Positions 34,132 through 38,333 of a stretch of 38,333 nt of DNA are shown here, piece by piece (position 1 is the stretch's first letter; every line of letters begins with the position of its first letter). The stretch comes from Pseudomonadota bacterium (lineage in GTDB: Bacteria > Bdellovibrionota > FAC87 > UBA2466): the NCBI GenBank assembly GCA_043718025.1, contig JAYSWN010000055.1, forward strand, positions 1-38,333, written 5' to 3'. The position numbers were made by a program, and so were the translations under genes. The notes beneath the pieces were generated by a model, which was not told the origin of the DNA, did not search any database, and saw only the letters and a list, made by a program, of their open reading frames with translations.

Positions 34132-35841
34132 TTATCGTCTTCCGGAATTAAATATGGCGGCCGGTCCGGCCCCACTTTTTCTGTAACTCAGGTAACTGGC
34201 CACCATAAATCCCACCTGGGCAAAAAAGTAGGTCAGCACGTAACCCAAGCCGCCGGTTCCAAAACCGTACGAATGCAGGCCCACGCCTAATACGAAATTC
34301 ACTCCGTACCAGGCCATTAACACCCCTAAGAATGACATTACCGTGGCCGTTGCAAAACCAAACCCACGCAGCCAACCGGTAAAACGGCCGTGAAGCACCG
34401 CCAAATAGAGTAAGAGGGCAATGAGCGCCCAGACCTCTTTTGGATCCCAACCCCAAAAACGGCCCCAAGAGTAGTCAGCCCAGACGCCGCCAAGAATAGT
34501 TCCGGCCGCAAGTAGCACCACGCCAATCTGAATGGCGCGGTACATATACAGAGTGAAGGCCTGAATTTTTTCGGTGGCCTTGGGCGAATACAGATAATTC
34601 CAAAGCACCACGTTGCCCAAGCATAAAGAGACGGCGAAGGCCGCGTAGCTCAGCGTGATCGTCAGTACATGAATGGTAAGCCAGAAATTGCTGCGTAAAA
34701 CGGGTTCCAATGGATGGATGCCCGGATCCAAAACCGCCGGCAGATTGTCTCCCAGAACCAAGCCCGCGATCGAGAAAACGGTTGAGGCAACCAAGATAGT
34801 GGAGTTGCGGTAGACGCCCCAGATGATAAACGCGAATAACAAGCAGCCCCAGGTGACCCACAAAACGGATTCGTACATGTTGGTGACCGGCGGCCGACCG
34901 GCAATCAGACAACGAATGACAAATCCATAGGTATGCAAGGCAAAGCCCGCCACCAAGAAAGGCAGGCCGATGCGGTTCCACCACACTCCACGACCAATAA
35001 TGCCGCCCAAGAGCAGCATGAAGCCTAGAGTATAAAGAATCCAAGACCAATGAAACGGACGAAGCGCCTGGTAATGAAGCTCGCGCGAGATTTCGGCCTC
35101 ACTCGGATAAACTCCCGCGGCAAGATCGCGAATTTTTAAAACCGCTGATTCAGAAGAGGCTTTCCAGGCGTTTGCGTCACTGGCAATAAAGGCGTCCAGC
35201 ATTTGGCGAATGGTTTCAGAAGCCGCCCTTAACTTGCCGTCTTCGTAAGGAACCGGTTCACCGCCCTGGGTCAGGCTTAGAATGGGGAACCAGGCTTTAC
35301 TCGGGCCAACGGGATTAGGAAGAATGGTGAGCGCCTGCCCACTCACAATCGCCTGAAGTAGCCCCAATTGACCCTGCAACTGAATCGCCTTCTTTTCAAT
35401 TTCGCTCTGTCGCTCTTTGCGACGGCTTTTTTCCTGCGCGTCCCTGACCAAACGCGCCAACTCGGTGCTGCCCTCAAGCTCTTTCGGCGCAAAATAATTA
35501 CGGTCGCCTTCCAAGCGCAGCTCGGTCTTTAACCCCTTGTGATCGATGCGAATAAAAGGTTCGTCTTCCCACTCTCGATCGTAAGCAATCAGCCAGCCGA
35601 AAAGCACCTCTATCGATTCGATCTTTTTCCAAGTGCGCTTGCCAGTGATGTAGAGGATCGAGTCGGTTGCAAAGCTCTCGATCGGCTTGGTTCGGCCACG
35701 GTCTTGAATTACTAAGCGACGGGTGGCGGTGAAATCAAAACCGCGCGGCACCGGGGCCGTATGTGGCACTTCCGGCAAGGCCGAAACTACGATTGAAAAC
35801 GTAACCCCGACGGCAAAAAATAGTTTTACGAAGTTCATCAT
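34132..35841 (-). CDS. ccsA: Cytochrome c biogenesis protein CcsA (system II) with a large N-terminal periplasmic domain
   Basis: GR.KP, P..NMYES, PVLRSNFWL.IHV, GGVWA..SWGRFWGWDPKE (WWD domain), GLHSYG. Confidence 0.93.
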   Translation of the reverse strand: MMNFVKLFFAVGVTFSIVVSALPEVPHTAPVPRGFDFTATRRLVIQDRGRTKPIESFATDSILYITGKRTWKKIESIEVLFGWLIAYDREWEDEPFIRIDHKGLKTELRLEGDRNYFAPKELEGSTELARLVRDAQEKSRRKERQSEIEKKAIQLQGQLGLLQAIVSGQALTILPNPVGPSKAWFPILSLTQGGEPVPYEDGKLRAASETIRQMLDAFIASDANAWKASSESAVLKIRDLAAGVYPSEAEISRELHYQALRPFHWSWILYTLGFMLLLGGIIGRGVWWNRIGLPFLVAGFALHTYGFVIRCLIAGRPPVTNMYESVLWVTWGCLLFAFIIWGVYRNSTILVASTVFSIAGLVLGDNLPAVLDPGIHPLEPVLRSNFWLTIHVLTITLSYAAFAVSLCLGNVVLWNYLYSPKATEKIQAFTLYMYRAIQIGVVLLAAGTILGGVWADYSWGRFWGWDPKEVWALIALLLYLAVLHGRFTGWLRGFGFATATVMSFLGVLMAWYGVNFVLGVGLHSYGFGTGGLGYVLTYFFAQVGFMVASYLSYRKSGAGPAAIFNSGRR

Positions 35842-37682
35842 TTATCCTTCCGAGTTTTTGCCCCACCCAAAAGAATGGACCAGTAATGAGGATTCATCCA
35901 AAACATAAGGGCTGCACCAAGCACGATAAGAATACTGCCCAAATACTTTACCCAACGACCGGCATCACGGTTAACCGAAAAAACGGAAAGAGGTGGCTTG
36001 CCCTCTTCAAGATTGTAACTGGCTTGATATAAGGTGTAGCCCGCATACACGAGTGGCTCGTTCATGCTGATGAGCGCCGACTTGCGCACGCTCTGTTGAT
36101 CGTCAATTACGGTAACATTACTCTCGTAAGTGGCCGCCTTGTCGGTGCCGGGGTTGGTTCCCATCGTAAACTTATCGAGAAACACCACAAACGGCAGCGG
36201 GAGCTTCTCTTTTCCGTAGGTGATCAAATAATCGCGCCCATCCAACGCTAAGGTTCTAGAGGCCCCTTCGGTTAGCCAAAACTCATGATTTGCCTCTTCG
36301 GAAGCGGTGGCACGCGCTTTGTCACTGCGCACTTCAAATCGTAGCCCCGAGAGAAAATTAGACTCCGTGCCCGAAATCTGCGGGATATACCGAGGCTTTT
36401 CGACTTCAATCGCATTGGGGATCCAGCGCTTCACCGTGAATTGTAAATCCATCCAACCGGTTGGAGTGGCCTCTCCAACCTTAATGGCGCCTTGGGCTTT
36501 GAGATCGCCCGCCTTCCCTTTCGAGCGATAAAAAAGCGTCTTGTCGTCAGCGCTCTGGGCAAACCTCAGCTCGCCCTGACCAGTTGGCGCTTCTACATTT
36601 TTTCCGGTCGTCAGAATTAAGCTCAACCGCACGCCAAATGGCTTATGCCCTTTAGGTAGCTCTTTCTGATGAAGAGTCGCAAACTCTGGAAAGTTGGTAA
36701 AAATGGTGTGCTTTTCTTGCTCGCCGGAAGGACTTCTCACCAAAATATGGGCCGCCGGATTCAAAGGTTCATTGCCCTTATTTATCAGCTGATTGTTTTC
36801 CACCACCGCGTAGGGAAAATACTTTTCGATCTTTACTTCAAAACCGGCGCGTCCCAGCTTCTGCCAATCACGTACCCCATCTTCAAAGGCAACCCGAAAT
36901 GTTTTTCCACCATGCTGCACTTGCACATAACCGAGCGACGGAAGCTTGGCTTTTTTTGCCACCAGATCGTGGGAAAATTTCTCTTCGCCTTCTTTATTCC
37001 AAAACTTTTCAAGCCGCACCGAGGCCGGACCAAAATTGATCTCCGCCGGATTTTCTGCCTCTTTAACGTGCAGCCACTCTTGGACACGGAAACGAGAGTT
37101 AAATAGCTCGATCTCAATTGCCGGGGCTCCCAAACCAGCAATTCCCGAAGGCTCCCAGGTCTTTTCGTAAACCAAACGGGGCAAATACTCTACCGCCACC
37201 AACTTGCGCCCGGCCCCTAAATCGATCTCCATGAGATCGCCAGTTTTTCGCCAAGGGTGTTCGGTTACTTTGAAATCGTTCTGCACCTTGCCCTGGGCCT
37301 CGGCCACGCGTACCGACAGGTCATTTAGGACGACTTCGTTGTCGGTCTGCCCTTCATAAACCGGCAGGTTGCCATCCACGCCGTATTTTTGAGTAACCCA
37401 AGAGCCAATGAGCAGGGTCAAAATTCCGGCGTGAGTAACCACAAATCCAGTCTGATGCTTTTTCCAGGGAAATCGCGACAGGGCCGCGCAAAGAACATTG
37501 AGCCCTAACAGGGCGAGCAACCCGGCAAACCAGCCCCTACCATAAATCATGACGTAGCTAGACCGTGTGCCGTAAAGCGATTCGGCCACCGTCGCCACGG
37601 CCAGCACGGTTGAAAGCGAAAGGATCACCACGACGGCGAGCTTTAAAGATGAGAAAAATCTGAAGAGTGGATGTCTCAACAT
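35838..37682 (-). CDS. Cytochrome c biogenesis protein CcsB/ResB (system II)
   Basis: FF.SLKLAV, WF..LL, GF..TH.G, Y.S.V, ISMNEPL...GY..YQASY, SVN.D.G..VKY.G. Confidence 0.9.
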   Translation of the reverse strand: MLRHPLFRFFSSLKLAVVVILSLSTVLAVATVAESLYGTRSSYVMIYGRGWFAGLLALLGLNVLCAALSRFPWKKHQTGFVVTHAGILTLLIGSWVTQKYGVDGNLPVYEGQTDNEVVLNDLSVRVAEAQGKVQNDFKVTEHPWRKTGDLMEIDLGAGRKLVAVEYLPRLVYEKTWEPSGIAGLGAPAIEIELFNSRFRVQEWLHVKEAENPAEINFGPASVRLEKFWNKEGEEKFSHDLVAKKAKLPSLGYVQVQHGGKTFRVAFEDGVRDWQKLGRAGFEVKIEKYFPYAVVENNQLINKGNEPLNPAAHILVRSPSGEQEKHTIFTNFPEFATLHQKELPKGHKPFGVRLSLILTTGKNVEAPTGQGELRFAQSADDKTLFYRSKGKAGDLKAQGAIKVGEATPTGWMDLQFTVKRWIPNAIEVEKPRYIPQISGTESNFLSGLRFEVRSDKARATASEEANHEFWLTEGASRTLALDGRDYLITYGKEKLPLPFVVFLDKFTMGTNPGTDKAATYESNVTVIDDQQSVRKSALISMNEPLVYAGYTLYQASYNLEEGKPPLSVFSVNRDAGRWVKYLGSILIVLGAALMFWMNPHYWSILLGGAKTRKDK

Positions 37683-37763
37683 AGTGAGGCCTTGGGAATA
37701 ACCGCCATTGAGGTTTTGCATAAGGTTCGCCCAATCAGCGGCCTATGCCAACGAAAAAAGCCC

Positions 37764-38333
37764 TCAGGCCTTAAGCTCAGCCACGAGACCCGCCGGTCCA
37801 GTAAGCACCTCTTTAGTTTCCCAGAAGGCTTTGCCCACGTAAGCCAGGCCGATGGCCGTATGGGGACTTTCGGGGATTTCAGAAACGGCAACGACACTGC
37901 CCACGCTCTTATCGGCGCACTGCAAAACAAATGGTGGCAGCGGAAACGGCACGCTTGAAGAGAGACAAACCGGAAGCAACTTTTTGTTAACTTGCCCATA
38001 AGTGAAAATCCGCTCAATCACCTCTTGCCCCGGATAGCACCCCTTATTTCGCGCCACGCCTGGTTCGAAATTTCCTTCCAGAAAAATCTCCTTTTCCGAG
38101 ATCTCTTTACCTACTTCGGGAACTCCGGCGCGAATTCTAAAATGCTCGAACAGCCTTTGGCCTAAGAGATGGCCGCCTTCGACGCTACAAGCTTCCCAAA
38201 ACGACTGCAGCTGTGCTGGCTTTAGTGTAACCCAAAACAGCTCGGGGCGGACATCGTCCCTAAAGTAGACCACGGGAATTCCCGAGACCTCCAAGGATAC
38301 GGCCACTCGTGGTAAGCACGTGGTATCAAACCA
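37764..38333 (-). CDS. YgfZ/GcvT-family folate-binding protein (5' end probably beyond the window)
   Basis: RI.AG.P, KGCYPGQE signature. Confidence 0.85.
   Translation of the reverse strand, partial: WFDTTCLPRVAVSLEVSGIPVVYFRDDVRPELFWVTLKPAQLQSFWEACSVEGGHLLGQRLFEHFRIRAGVPEVGKEISEKEIFLEGNFEPGVARNKGCYPGQEVIERIFTYGQVNKKLLPVCLSSSVPFPLPPFVLQCADKSVGSVVAVSEIPESPHTAIGLAYVGKAFWETKEVLTGPAGLVAELKA

Overview
Bacterial chromosomal window of moderate GC. The gene content (system II cytochrome c maturation, stand-alone PilZ and HAMP proteins, sigma54-type promoters, many secreted orphans) suggests a Bdellovibrionota/deltaproteobacterial-type organism; this is inference. The housekeeping backbone is a PTPS-folE pair, yceD-rpmF-fabH-fabD-fabG (no plsX, no acpP/fabF), ugd-uxs, recO, a TetR-regulated TolC-RND pump without an adaptor gene, ccsB-ccsA and a partial ygfZ-like gene. 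Highlights: (1) a compact spt-bcerS-cerR-like ceramide operon with a divergent TetR gene, a triple operator array and nearby UDP-GlcA/UDP-xylose, flippase-like and GT4 genes; (2) an accessory island after fabG with a secreted permuted NlpC/P60 thiol hydrolase fused to seven near-identical WD40 repeats that vary at fixed positions, a secreted HExxH protease and an AAA_14/DUF4143 ATPase; (3) a degenerate orphan YcaO-like protein; (4) a candidate structured ncRNA at 487-643; (5) several unusual expression signals (CTG start, head-to-head overlapping signal peptides, leaderless genes, an unannotated sigma54-linked small membrane ORF). No rRNA, tRNA, CRISPR array, transposase or integrase was seen. 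All family assignments come from motif recognition by eye; no database search was run.
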